DNA of 64,000 nt, from positions 73,750 to 137,749 of the forward strand of contig JAWBYA010000005.1 of NCBI GenBank assembly GCA_038867615.1, given 5' to 3'. A program made the position numbers and the translations under genes. This stretch comes from Sulfolobales archaeon (GTDB taxonomy: Archaea; Thermoproteota; Thermoprotei_A; Sulfolobales; AG1). Positions 1-10,144 of this stretch are shown here, piece after piece. Under the pieces are notes generated by a model. It was not told the origin of the DNA. It was given only the letters and a program-made list of their open reading frames with translations, and did not search any database. Numbering within the stretch: the stretch's first letter is position 1; each line of letters starts with the position of its first letter.

Positions 1-488
1 AGAGTCTTAGTATTTCTTAGAGATACAACACACCATGTCACTGAATCCTTGAGATCTGGGTGCCTGTAATATATACCTGTATCAACAACAGCAACTCTTA
101 TCGTTAGCCCGTAACCATACGCCGCATCCCCATATTGGGGTGAATAGGTGCTCCAAACCTTTGTCGCATTGATCATCTCTATGTTCCACTGAACCTCCTG
201 CTGGATCTTAACGGGCTTGTCATAATCAACATACCTAACAAAAGGCAGACTTGCAATCCTATTAACAAGGCTCTGGGGTAGTTCTAGAACCACGGCCTTA
301 ATCTCGGCTATCTCTAAGACAATCGAGCCCATGGATGATATCTGATCCCTAGAGGTATCGTAATTGCTATCCCCTCTAAACCCGACTATAACTCTGACTC
401 TCTGATCCCCGAAACTCACCAACGGTGCAGAGCCTAGAAAGACTAAGAACACTAAGATCAAGCCAACCATAGATATAATACGTTTCAC
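1..488 (-). CDS. Subtilisin-like (S8) serine protease, N-terminal part (runs off window)
   Basis: Not in ORF track. GTG at 488 gives MKRIISMVGLILVFLVFLGSAP (signal peptide), an I9-like propeptide (RVIVGF...VRYVDYD), then VQWNIEMINA...RVAVVDTGIYYRHPDL with the catalytic Asp DTG motif. Confidence 0.9.
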   Translation of the reverse strand, partial: MKRIISMVGLILVFLVFLGSAPLVSFGDQRVRVIVGFRGDSNYDTSRDQISSMGSIVLEIAEIKAVVLELPQSLVNRIASLPFVRYVDYDKPVKIQQEVQWNIEMINATKVWSTYSPQYGDAAYGYGLTIRVAVVDTGIYYRHPDLKDSVTWCVVSLRNTKT

Positions 489-674
489 ACACAACACCGC
501 CTGGTATTCGCAACAAAGCTAATAAACCCCAACTAACTATAAAAAGATTAGCTCTTGCTTCTAGAAGATATGGCTGGAAAAGAGGTCAAGAGCGCTATAT
601 ATTGGGATATACATGCCTAGATCCTCTCGATCATAGAAAAGAAAAACATATTTATAAGCAATGGAAAACAGCCT

Positions 675-1139
675 ATGAAGGCATGTATCATGCCAGAACT
701 ACTTATACCTAGACATGTCTGGGAGACGGTGGTTAAAGCTGCTAGAGAAGCTAAGGAAAGAGGCATACCGGTAAGAGCCTTCTTCCTATTCTGTCGTAGA
801 GGAAAACCCTTCCATGTCATGAGCTGTAAAGAGGTGCCTGTGAGGGTTCATAAGCTGAATCCTCTCATCTTTACATGGGACTTGAGCCGAGCCAACAAGA
901 GAGAATATTATCCTTCGAGAGACACACCGTATTCATATAGAGGTGTAATAGTAATTAGGAAAGATCTTCAATTAACTTTGCACGACGCATATTGGGCTGC
1001 TATAGATGCTCCAGGATCCATCTATATCCATGTAAGGCTGTGGATAGATGAGAACGGGAATCCTTGCTACGAAGCCCACTGGATCGATAGGGTTAAGACG
1101 CACGGGGAATTCACCCCTATAAAAATAAGAATCATATAG
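675..1139 (+). CDS. Hypothetical protein, possibly degenerate JAB/MPN-like fold
   Basis: 154 aa ORF with upstream TATA (TTTATAA at 651). N-terminus ELLIPRHVWETVVKAARE resembles MPN starts, but there is no HxH motif. Confidence 0.55.
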   Translation: MKACIMPELLIPRHVWETVVKAAREAKERGIPVRAFFLFCRRGKPFHVMSCKEVPVRVHKLNPLIFTWDLSRANKREYYPSRDTPYSYRGVIVIRKDLQLTLHDAYWAAIDAPGSIYIHVRLWIDENGNPCYEAHWIDRVKTHGEFTPIKIRII

Positions 1140-1144
1140 ATGAG

Positions 1145-1229
1145 TGCGGGGGGTGGGATTTGAACCCACGCAGGCCTACGCCATCGGGTCCTGAGCCCGA
1201 CCCCTTTGACCTGGCTCGGGCACCCCCGC
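1145..1229 (-). tRNA. tRNA-Leu(CAG), intronless, CCA not encoded
   Basis: Reverse complement GCGGGGGTGCCCGAGCCAGGTCAAAGGGGTCGGGCT-CAG-GACCCGATGGCGTAGGCCTGCGTGGGTTCAAATCCCACCCCCCGCA forms a cloverleaf with a long variable arm. Confidence 0.97.
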
Positions 1230-1264
1230 CCATAAAGATAATAGTGTTTCTGGCTTATAGAGGT

Positions 1265-2317
1265 TTATGGCTTTCCTCCTCTGATCTTCTGCCTTTTCTC
1301 CAGGATTTTATAGAGGTGTGTTTTAACTATCCCTTCGGGCAGTATCCCCTGGGGTCTTGCTGCTAGGATTAATATTATCAGGAGTCCTGTCACCGCATAT
1401 CTTATGAAGCTTATATCTATCGATATAGTTATTCCCAGAAGGGCTAGTGTGGAGGCTTGAGAGAATCTCTCGAAGAGGCTGAGAACCAGTGCTCCTAGCA
1501 ATGCCCCGACATTGTTTCCAGAGCCTCCTAAGAGAACCATGGATATTATGTAGAAGGTCACTACAGGTATGTAGTCGTCAGGGAATATGGCTTGTGTGTA
1601 GAATGTGAAGAGACTCCCAGCAGCTCCCGAGAGGGCTGATGATATGAAGAGCACCTGCCCCCTAACCCTCGCAACATTCTTGCCAAGGGATTCTGCTGCG
1701 ATCTCGTCATCCCTCACGGCTTTCATAACCCTCCCGAAGGGTGAGTTTGATAGCCTCTCAACAAGAATGAATGTTGCGAAAGCAGCTGCAAGGGTTATTA
1801 GTGAGTAGAGGAGGAGTGTTAGGGATCTATCTGCTATCCAGTTGAGGGGGTTAGGGATCCCGCTCATACCGAAAACACCTCCTACGAGGGGCTCGTATGT
1901 TCTTACAAAAACCCTCCCTGCTTCCCCAAATACTAGGAGGGTTATTGCTAGGAAATCCTCCCTAAGTGCTAGTGCTGGGTAGCTTGCTAGGTAGCCGAAG
2001 ATCCCTGAGACTATGGTTGATAGTGCTAGGGATACTAGGAAGACCTCGACGGCGAAGACAGGATTTGCTGCCGAGTATTCGGTACGCTTAGCCGCAGCAG
2101 CTGCTGAGAAGCTATCTGTTATACCTAGGGCTGAGTTGTAGAGAGAGCTTGTGACCACCGCTGTCACTATAGATCCTATGAAGAAGAAGAACACCTTGCC
2201 AAAGTTAGGTATTCCTGTATATCCATATTCTAGATTAGCGCTTAGGGCTAGTATTAGGTATATAGATGTGTATGTGACTATGCTGCTCACGAATATAAAC
2301 ATACCCGAGAGCTCCAT
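1265..2317 (-). CDS. livM: Branched-chain amino acid ABC transporter permease
   Basis: NLEYGYTGIPNFG, LREDFLAITLL, SPFGRVMKAVRDDEIAAESLG and LGGSGN motifs. Confidence 0.92.
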   Translation of the reverse strand: MELSGMFIFVSSIVTYTSIYLILALSANLEYGYTGIPNFGKVFFFFIGSIVTAVVTSSLYNSALGITDSFSAAAAAKRTEYSAANPVFAVEVFLVSLALSTIVSGIFGYLASYPALALREDFLAITLLVFGEAGRVFVRTYEPLVGGVFGMSGIPNPLNWIADRSLTLLLYSLITLAAAFATFILVERLSNSPFGRVMKAVRDDEIAAESLGKNVARVRGQVLFISSALSGAAGSLFTFYTQAIFPDDYIPVVTFYIISMVLLGGSGNNVGALLGALVLSLFERFSQASTLALLGITISIDISFIRYAVTGLLIILILAARPQGILPEGIVKTHLYKILEKRQKIRGGKP

Positions 2318-2321
2318 AGCA

Positions 2322-3209
2322 TCACCTCATAAACAGCCTGCCCCTCCCAATAAGCAGTGTAGATGCGATCGCTAGATAGGCTATTATAGGCTTATAAGCA
2401 GTATCTACTCCGAAGAATCTGTTGAAAAACCACATACCGAGATTCTCTGAGAAACCTATTATAAAGCCCCCAGCTATTGTTAGCGGTATACTCCTAATAC
2501 CACCTATGATCGATGATGCAAAGATCCAGAGGAGAAGCCTCCACCCAGTCTCAGTATTTATACTAGTATAGAAAGCCCACAGAGCCCCCATAGCACCTGC
2601 TAGGAGGCCAGAGACTATCCACGTGATCCTCCTAACCCTCCATACAGGAATACCAGAGGCCGAGGCTAGCTCCGGGTTGCTTGCAAGAGCCCTCATAGCC
2701 TTCCCGATCATGGTTCTATGCCTAAACATGTAGAGAGAGACCGAGGCAACGCCTAGAAAGCCTAGACTGAGTATGTGGAGATTAGTTATAGGCGAGCCCA
2801 TAGCATAGGCTATTGGTGTAAGACTATATCTAGAGGATAGGAAGAGCATGTCAGAGTAGTCAGCATATATAGACCACAGATATCTTATGAGAAGCATAAC
2901 ACCTATAGAGGCTATGAGGAGCTGTAGAGGCGAAGAACCCCTCCTATAGAGAGGCTTATACACAGACTCATCAACAGCAAGAGCAAGAATAGAGGAGACC
3001 ATCATAGCGAGAAAAAGAGCCATGATAGGATCAAAACCCCCTATCGTGGCAAGAGCAGCAGCATAAGCACCTATAGTCACATACTCGCTAACAGCAAAAT
3101 TAGCTATCCTCGTAACACTATAACTAATAGTGAGGGAGAGGGCGCCGAGAGAATATATAGATCCTGCGAGAAGCCCCTGAAGAGAGTTCCTCAGAACCTC
3201 GTCGAGCAG
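2322..3209 (-). CDS. livH: Branched-chain amino acid ABC transporter permease, probable CTG start
   Basis: Frame stays open upstream of the tracked GTG (3080) and encodes LLDEVLRNSLQGLLAGSIYSLGALSLTISYSVTRIANFAVSEY, a typical LivH N-terminus. The best-placed start is CTG at 3209 after GGGGT. Confidence 0.88.
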   Translation of the reverse strand: MLDEVLRNSLQGLLAGSIYSLGALSLTISYSVTRIANFAVSEYVTIGAYAAALATIGGFDPIMALFLAMMVSSILALAVDESVYKPLYRRGSSPLQLLIASIGVMLLIRYLWSIYADYSDMLFLSSRYSLTPIAYAMGSPITNLHILSLGFLGVASVSLYMFRHRTMIGKAMRALASNPELASASGIPVWRVRRITWIVSGLLAGAMGALWAFYTSINTETGWRLLLWIFASSIIGGIRSIPLTIAGGFIIGFSENLGMWFFNRFFGVDTAYKPIIAYLAIASTLLIGRGRLFMR

Positions 3210-3245
3210 AGATACCCCTATTGTGCATAAGCTAAGGGTGATATA

Positions 3246-3881
3246 TCATTTGCCAACAGGCATCATAAAGGGGATAGAGACATGTCTATCATTGTACCCA
3301 ACCCACAGCACTACATAGATATACTTATAATTGCTAGGAACTGTTATGTTTAGGAAAAGAACGCTATCGATGCTGAGAGTACCGACCTCATAGATATTAA
3401 GAACATCAAATGCCCTAAGATCTTTCAGAGAATACCAAGAGCCTAAATACTTAGCATAGAGCCTCGAGGAATCAGCGCCAAAACCCCCATCTAAGCTGTT
3501 AAACGATAGATTATAAGGAGAACCCTCGGGAGAGGAGATATTATACCCAATATTGCTAGGAGGTAGTTGCGGGAGTTCCCACCACCTCTGTGTATAGGAG
3601 AGAGCAACATGGAAGGTGATATAGGTGTGGAGTGAATAAACACCCTGAAGAACCCCTACTCTAATGACACCAGCATAGATAACCACATAGGAGCCTCTAT
3701 TCTCAAAAGATATGGGCAGAAAGAGGAATTCGTTCGAGACAAGCTCTGCGTATGAGGTGAAAGCACTCTCAGAATACATGGAGAGAGTCCAGGAGCCGGC
3801 TAGAAGGAAACCGGCAATACCCAGAATTATGGTCAGGGTAATAAGGATCATAGAGCCAATAATCTCTGACTGTGCCTTCAA
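3246..3881 (-). CDS. Type IV pilin-like protein
   Basis: MKA|QSEIIGSMILITLTIILGIAG is a class III signal peptide. Located in a pilus ATPase locus. Confidence 0.75.
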   Translation of the reverse strand: MKAQSEIIGSMILITLTIILGIAGFLLAGSWTLSMYSESAFTSYAELVSNEFLFLPISFENRGSYVVIYAGVIRVGVLQGVYSLHTYITFHVALSYTQRWWELPQLPPSNIGYNISSPEGSPYNLSFNSLDGGFGADSSRLYAKYLGSWYSLKDLRAFDVLNIYEVGTLSIDSVLFLNITVPSNYKYIYVVLWVGYNDRHVSIPFMMPVGK

Positions 3882-3885
3882 CGTA

Positions 3886-4902
3886 TCACCCCAAAACTAG
3901 CTCAGCACCTAGGACAGCTATATATTCAACACCAATGTTAAGCCTATTCCCTCCCAGCTTATCAACAATAAGGGTAACATTAAGGTCATATACACCTGGT
4001 GGGGCGTTTCTCATCGGTATGAGCGAGACACCCTCAAGAACTATATAGCCAGGGTCAGTGCCTTTAGGATACCACACAGTTTTGCTAGAACTAGTGCAGC
4101 TAGAGCTGGTATCCTGTTGCAAACATATCCTTAGGATGGTATCGAACTTCTCATCGGATTTATTAAATACCAGTACTACTCTGTAGAGCACCGCCACTGC
4201 ATACGGATTTTCATTAATACTTACAGTGTTCTTGAAGATCAGACCAAAGCAACCACTAAGCTCATATAATATATTATCGCCTCTGGTGTCATTTATTGTT
4301 AAGAGCTTTCTCGCAGGATCGTATTTGTTGAACGAAACCAGAGCAGCAACACCGTTTTTGTTACATACAGTACTTCTCTCATTATACCTCGCTATTATGT
4401 TACTTCCATAGTAGTTATAGAGATCCTCAGCAAAACCAGTATTACTATGTGTAAATGTCACTGGCTGTGGCAATACTGTGTATTTTTCTTTTGCTGGGAA
4501 TATGTTTCCTTTTGATGTTACTATATAGCATACTCTGCTCAAGTTATAGCCTGCTATATTGCTTATCGCATCGCCTGGGTTAAGGATCTCGCTTGTTCTG
4601 ACCAGGAGTGTTTCTCTCTCACATCCTTTCCCGCTATCTATAACTGCTAGTATTATAGTTATCGGTATAGATCCTGTGTTCTTTATCAGAAAAACCCTGC
4701 TCTCATTTACTATCTCTAGAGACTCTCGTGTTTTCTGGTTTTGGAACTCCCTCGCAACACTCATAGCCCTTAGTATTTCCCCGCTTGTGGTGTTTAGGTA
4801 GATTAAAAGGGGTATTAGGGTTACCATTATTATTGAGAGCCCTACTATGAATGCCACCATGCCTGCTACTGCTTTTCTTACTATCGATTTCCTCATGACC
4901 AC
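3886..4902 (-). CDS. Type IV pilin-like (minor pilin) protein
   Basis: RKA|VAGMVAFIVGLSIIMVTLIPLL class III-like signal peptide. IKNTGSIPITI and IVTSKGNIF segments are typical of archaeal pilin domains. Confidence 0.65.
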   Translation of the reverse strand: MVMRKSIVRKAVAGMVAFIVGLSIIMVTLIPLLIYLNTTSGEILRAMSVAREFQNQKTRESLEIVNESRVFLIKNTGSIPITIILAVIDSGKGCERETLLVRTSEILNPGDAISNIAGYNLSRVCYIVTSKGNIFPAKEKYTVLPQPVTFTHSNTGFAEDLYNYYGSNIIARYNERSTVCNKNGVAALVSFNKYDPARKLLTINDTRGDNILYELSGCFGLIFKNTVSINENPYAVAVLYRVVLVFNKSDEKFDTILRICLQQDTSSSCTSSSKTVWYPKGTDPGYIVLEGVSLIPMRNAPPGVYDLNVTLIVDKLGGNRLNIGVEYIAVLGAELVLG

Positions 4903-4964
4903 TTTTTTTATTCCATCGGGATATTTATTATTTATGTATAGTTTTAGCAGGCTATATCATCTCT

Positions 4965-7900
4965 CTATATTATCTCTTCCTCAGCCCTCCTCTCCATATA
5001 TCTCCTCGCTATCTTCATCAGCACTATCACCGTAGCAACCATGCCAATAGCTACATATACCATAATGAACCTTGATAACATGTTTAACAGTGTTGGCTGT
5101 AGCTTTAATACTAAGTTCCGCTCCCCGACGGGTAGTGGCTCTTCAAGAGTATTATAGCCTGCTGCTACCACTGTAACCCTGTATGATCCGTATGGTATAC
5201 TGATCTCCGCCTTACCATCATTACCGGTCTTCCATGTAAACTCTACCGCCGGGTTCTCAAGGCTTTTTATAGTTATGCCCGCACCATTAATAGGCTGCCC
5301 GGTATCGTCTATAACGCTTATGGTGTAGCTCATGACCCTTCTATTAAGCGATACCTCAATCCTACCGCCACCCACAACTATATCAACCTCCTTTTCTGTC
5401 GCAGTATATATAGATCCCTGCCCAGCAGGTTCAACAACTATTCTCGCATTTCCATGTGGTAGTAAGACAGTGGTAGTAGCACCTCCCGGCGATAATTCCT
5501 CGCTATACATGAGCCTGTCGCCCATGTATACCAGCACTCTGACCGGGGATACAAGATCGCCGCTTATAGGATCTATTAGAGCTATGGTTACCTGATACCT
5601 AGTCCTATTTATACTTACCACAAGATCTTGCCTATCGATGTTTAGAACGCCTCTATAGCCTATATAGAGGCTCTGGTTAAAGGGCTCTATTAAGATAAGA
5701 TAGCGGTCGAAGAATATCCTGGGTATTGTTATTGTACCATTACTTGATGTAATGCCGGAGAAGATCCTTATGTTGGAAATCATGTTGATTATGGATACAC
5801 CAGCATTGGGGACAGGAACGCCGAACTCATCTACTATCATAAGATTTACCTGGATCTCCCTCGGTCTTAAAAGAACCTCTAAGTTATTGATAGAACCAGG
5901 CTCGGTGATGCCGATAAGCGCCTCTCCCTCATGGAAGAAGGGTGATGCCGCGATAACTCTATAGATGCCGAGGGGAAGAACTACAGGGGAGCCAGGCTTG
6001 ATAGTACCAAGATCTCCTCTCAAAAGAGGACCCTCCGCAAACAGTTTTATCGAGATCGACTCTTCAGGGGGCTTTGTAACATCAGCCCCAAGAACCCCAA
6101 CACTTATGTTAAGCATAGCGGTGTTAACCCTGAATATTATGTTTATGTCACCACTCCTACTTACAGTGAACCTGGCTCTAGCAAGCTCTATTCCATCGCC
6201 TATCAATAATGCATAGTGCTCCCCGCCCTCTAGCATAAGATCTAGAGGATCCTCAACAGTCGTTGTATTGATCTTTCCATCTATTGACAACATAAGCCCT
6301 GGCGGAACCATTGCTAGCATCGCTGCATACGGGCTCTCAGGGTTATAGTAGTAGAGGAAAAGCCTAACCCTGTATAGAATTGATCCTGGAAGATCAATTG
6401 TGCTTCCACTAACCACCAGACTGCTAACATACTCTATAGCGCCGCTCAGAACCCTAGCTATATAGGATCCTCTGGGGAGGTAGAGAATGGAGGATCCGTT
6501 TATTATCAAGCCTCTAGCAACGAGACTATCATTTTCATATATTTCTATATAGCCATCAGTAACACCTATTGAGTAGTTGGAAACAACGCCCGTAACAAAT
6601 ACCCTTGGATAGATCCTCACAAGCTCTATAGAGCACCTACTAAACGCTATATCCTGGAGCGCGTTGATAACATATACCCTCGAGGGCGTAGCTAGATAAC
6701 CTCTCCCAAACCCCGCCGAAGTCCACATACCAGGGCCTACCGGAACTCCGAGGTAGTCATCACCCCTAGTACACTCAATAGATGTTGACTGATCAACCCT
6801 GTTTATATGGAGCTTTCCAGAACTATCTATAGCGATCAAAACCCCATCTCTATAGTCAGCAGCAACTATAGATCCCGGGATATCTATCCCCCAGAACGCC
6901 ACATGAAAACCCCTTTGGTCGTTATAGAGAAAATAGTAAGCCCTACCACTATCAAGGATCACTGAGACACCCCGCCCATTATTATCATACCCCACCCACA
7001 CCCCACTTGAAGATGGGGTGGGTAGTATATACCAAACATAATCCTCATACCTATTCTGGATCTTCACAGGTACGGGGTTGAGATTCTGATCGAAGTATAT
7101 AAAAGCCGCCACAAATAGATCTTCACGATAACCAACAATGATTCCTAGGTATGTCCAGGGAACCCCGGCAACATTGGGTTTGATCAGCTTAGCATAGACC
7201 GGCTTAATGTCAAGCAGAAGCGGCTTCCCGAATCTTATGGATTCGGGTGCGCAGGTTGCATCGAGAAGCACGGCATATGTTGGTACAGCGCTCTTAACGA
7301 TCTGTGTAACCTCTCCTTGACCGCTTCTCATGATAACCATATACTCTATCGGTGTCTTTTCAAGCATATATTGATTCAACTCTATAGCTATGCTCTCTGT
7401 CTCGTACTCGGGATGGGTTATGTTAACAATATACAGAGTACTGCTCGGATCTATCAATGGGAGGCTAAGAACAGCGCTCCCGTTCTGATCCGAGATGGAT
7501 TGAAAAACAAGACCTTTCGTCGCCTTGGGCTTTGCCAGGCTTGCAGTCACAACAGCATCAGAGATCGGGTAACCTGTTTCATTATATATAACAAGGGCGA
7601 CGTCAAGCGATGGTGGAGTATATATTGCGAGAAGAAGCGACGGATCAACTCTCCTAACAGCCCCATAGACAACTTCAGTACTAGATATATCTAGAATAGC
7701 ACTTCTCATAAAACTATAGACAGCAGTGCTCTCACGAGGCCCAATCTCAGCCCAGCCACCCCTAGTAACCCTGTAGAGATATAGATAGCCTTGGCTGTCA
7801 AGAAGAGCTAAGATTGGATTGCAGAAAATACCAACCCCTATCGATAGTCTCTTAACAGGAAACCTCGACGCCTGTATATAGCTCGCCCTCCCCTCCCACG

Positions 7901-8285
7901 TATTATATACAACAGCCTCCCCCCTATCGGTGCCAACAGCTATATAGCTTCCTCTATCGCCGTCCGAAGCAATTGTAGTGGGGATCCCGCTTAATGCATA
8001 CCTAGATCTATATATTGTTCGTGAAGGGCTATCCATGCTAAGAACCTCGAGAAAATAGCCCTCAGAAGACGCGTCGAAACCAGAGGCAGCTACTATACCC
8101 CTCCCAGGTATTGATGCAAACATGTTAGCCTGTATTGATAGATCCGTATACCAAGTGCTATATAGGCTATACGGCTCCATAACACTAAGAGCCTTTGAAG
8201 CCTGCTGCGCGTTAGTAACATAGAGAGGTAATATTGGGAGCATTATGATCGCCAGTATCAGTAAACCTTTGTACCACACAACCAC
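4965..8285 (-). CDS. Large membrane-anchored surface protein or adhesin (beta-propeller plus tandem Ig/carboxypeptidase-regulatory-like repeats)
   Basis: Signal peptide, WD-like blades (YIAVGTDRG), repeated VxDxxGxPxxxAxVxI and GxYxVxV motifs, C-terminal TM helix and charged tail. Confidence 0.75.
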   Translation of the reverse strand: MVVWYKGLLILAIIMLPILPLYVTNAQQASKALSVMEPYSLYSTWYTDLSIQANMFASIPGRGIVAASGFDASSEGYFLEVLSMDSPSRTIYRSRYALSGIPTTIASDGDRGSYIAVGTDRGEAVVYNTWEGRASYIQASRFPVKRLSIGVGIFCNPILALLDSQGYLYLYRVTRGGWAEIGPRESTAVYSFMRSAILDISSTEVVYGAVRRVDPSLLLAIYTPPSLDVALVIYNETGYPISDAVVTASLAKPKATKGLVFQSISDQNGSAVLSLPLIDPSSTLYIVNITHPEYETESIAIELNQYMLEKTPIEYMVIMRSGQGEVTQIVKSAVPTYAVLLDATCAPESIRFGKPLLLDIKPVYAKLIKPNVAGVPWTYLGIIVGYREDLFVAAFIYFDQNLNPVPVKIQNRYEDYVWYILPTPSSSGVWVGYDNNGRGVSVILDSGRAYYFLYNDQRGFHVAFWGIDIPGSIVAADYRDGVLIAIDSSGKLHINRVDQSTSIECTRGDDYLGVPVGPGMWTSAGFGRGYLATPSRVYVINALQDIAFSRCSIELVRIYPRVFVTGVVSNYSIGVTDGYIEIYENDSLVARGLIINGSSILYLPRGSYIARVLSGAIEYVSSLVVSGSTIDLPGSILYRVRLFLYYYNPESPYAAMLAMVPPGLMLSIDGKINTTTVEDPLDLMLEGGEHYALLIGDGIELARARFTVSRSGDINIIFRVNTAMLNISVGVLGADVTKPPEESISIKLFAEGPLLRGDLGTIKPGSPVVLPLGIYRVIAASPFFHEGEALIGITEPGSINNLEVLLRPREIQVNLMIVDEFGVPVPNAGVSIINMISNIRIFSGITSSNGTITIPRIFFDRYLILIEPFNQSLYIGYRGVLNIDRQDLVVSINRTRYQVTIALIDPISGDLVSPVRVLVYMGDRLMYSEELSPGGATTTVLLPHGNARIVVEPAGQGSIYTATEKEVDIVVGGGRIEVSLNRRVMSYTISVIDDTGQPINGAGITIKSLENPAVEFTWKTGNDGKAEISIPYGSYRVTVVAAGYNTLEEPLPVGERNLVLKLQPTLLNMLSRFIMVYVAIGMVATVIVLMKIARRYMERRAEEEII

Positions 8286-8430
8286 CCAGGCCTCCTATGC
8301 TTTTCTTAACAGATGTTTTTATATATAGTTTTTTATATATAAAACGAATCTGGATAACAACCATGGCGATAGAGATCCCAATATATCCCAACAGGCTACT
8401 ACTTTATATATACCCCTGGAATATTATTTA

Positions 8431-10086
8431 GTGGAAACCATGGGGATTCTAGATAAGATCAAGGGCTTTACAAGACTTGGTGCGCAGGGGGAAAAGCAAG
8501 AAAAGCAACTGGAGGATAGCCTTCCTAAGACCCCTGAAGGCTATATGATAAATATAAGGCTACCCATAATGCCCTACAGAGAGAAACCGAAGGGTGAGAT
8601 CGTTGAGAGATACACAATCTATGATCCATGGGCTATGGTTTCAATCATACTTTCCGATAGCACGAGCGAGTATGTATATTTCATCGATGAAACTCCTCTA
8701 ACAGAAGAGGAGATCAAGATCTATAGAAAAGTGATCGACTTCCTCATATGGGAAGTTGGAGAGATGGGAAAGGATGAGGATCCGAAGGAGTTTATAGTGA
8801 GAGAGGCTAGAAGGGCTATTGATCTCTTCAAGGCAAGGGCAAAGAGAGATTATAACATTAGCTGGGACAAGATCCTGTATTACGTAGAGAGGGAGGTTAA
8901 GGGCTTTGGCCCGATAAACGTGCTGATGCTAGACCCAAACCTAGAGGATATATCGTGCAACGGTGTTGGGCTACCTATATATGTGTATCACAGGAAATAC
9001 GAGTCCATGCCAACCAATATTATTTTCCAAAACGATGAGGATCTAAGCTCATTTGTGGTTAGACTAGCCCACATGGCTGGAAAGCACATCTCAGTAGCAT
9101 ACCCAGTCCTCGACGCCTCTCTCCCAGGAGGCCATAGGCTTGCAGCAACATTTGCGAAGGAGATTAGCCAGAAGGGCTCTGCCTTCACGATCAGGAAGTT
9201 CAGGGAGGATCCATTAACAGTTGTAGATATGATAAGCCTGGGAACAATATCACCCGAGTTGGCAGCATATCTATGGTTCCTCATAGAGCACAAGAAAACA
9301 TTCCTAATAATGGGCGTTACCGGGAGCGGTAAGACAACACTGCTAAACGCTATCCTGAACCTTGTGAGGCCAAACTATAAGATAGTAACCATAGAAGAGA
9401 CGCCAGAGATAAGGCTACCCATAAAGAACTGGGTGCAGCTCGTCACGAGATCCAGCTACGCTGGTGGGGAATCAAAGACTGGGGAGATAACGCTCTACGA
9501 TCTTGTTAAGATCTCGCTGAGATACAGGCCAGATTTGATCGTGGTTGGCGAGGTGAGAGGATCCGAGGCCTATGTGTTGTTCCAAGCAATAGCCACAGGC
9601 CATGGGGGAGCTACGACAATACATGCGGAGAGCATAGATGCGGCTATAAAGAGGCTTACAAGCCCGCCCATGAATATACCAGAATCATATATACCCCTGA
9701 TCAACTCCGCACTAATGATCGAGAGGGTGCCTGTTAGAAGCAAAGATGGAACGACAAAGATCTCGAGAAGAGTTACAAAAATATGGGAGATAGATAAAAG
9801 CGTAACACCAATGATTATTGGTAAGTGGAGTCCCAGCAGAGACATGCATCTACTCACACTTGATAAGAGCCCTATGCTCAACTCAATAGCCGAAGCGCTT
9901 GAGATAAGCATGAGTGAAATACTCGACGAGATCCGGGCGAGGGCCGGCTTCATGAGATGGCTATACTATAACAATATAAGGAACTATATCGATATAGCGT
10001 CAGCGATCTATAAGTACTATAGGAGCCCGAAGGAGATCCTGAGCCTTGTCGAAGCAGATCTAGGCCATATGGGCGAAAGCATCTGA
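8431..10086 (+). CDS. Type II/IV secretion (pilus assembly) ATPase, VirB11/TadA/FlaI family
   Basis: EDISCNG, Walker A GVTGSGKTT, TIEETPE, LRYRPDLIVVGEVRG and ATGHGGATTIHA. Confidence 0.95.
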   Translation: METMGILDKIKGFTRLGAQGEKQEKQLEDSLPKTPEGYMINIRLPIMPYREKPKGEIVERYTIYDPWAMVSIILSDSTSEYVYFIDETPLTEEEIKIYRKVIDFLIWEVGEMGKDEDPKEFIVREARRAIDLFKARAKRDYNISWDKILYYVEREVKGFGPINVLMLDPNLEDISCNGVGLPIYVYHRKYESMPTNIIFQNDEDLSSFVVRLAHMAGKHISVAYPVLDASLPGGHRLAATFAKEISQKGSAFTIRKFREDPLTVVDMISLGTISPELAAYLWFLIEHKKTFLIMGVTGSGKTTLLNAILNLVRPNYKIVTIEETPEIRLPIKNWVQLVTRSSYAGGESKTGEITLYDLVKISLRYRPDLIVVGEVRGSEAYVLFQAIATGHGGATTIHAESIDAAIKRLTSPPMNIPESYIPLINSALMIERVPVRSKDGTTKISRRVTKIWEIDKSVTPMIIGKWSPSRDMHLLTLDKSPMLNSIAEALEISMSEILDEIRARAGFMRWLYYNNIRNYIDIASAIYKYYRSPKEILSLVEADLGHMGESI

Positions 10087-10144
10087 AACTAATACTAATA
10101 AATCTCGATTAGAACTTCAGCATAGATACCTCGAGAGGAAAGCC

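Noticed and set aside
3209-3248. UGA readthrough fusing the pilin to LivH (same frame)
   Set aside because: A fusion is topologically implausible, there is no recoding signal, and an SD plus CTG explains LivH more simply.
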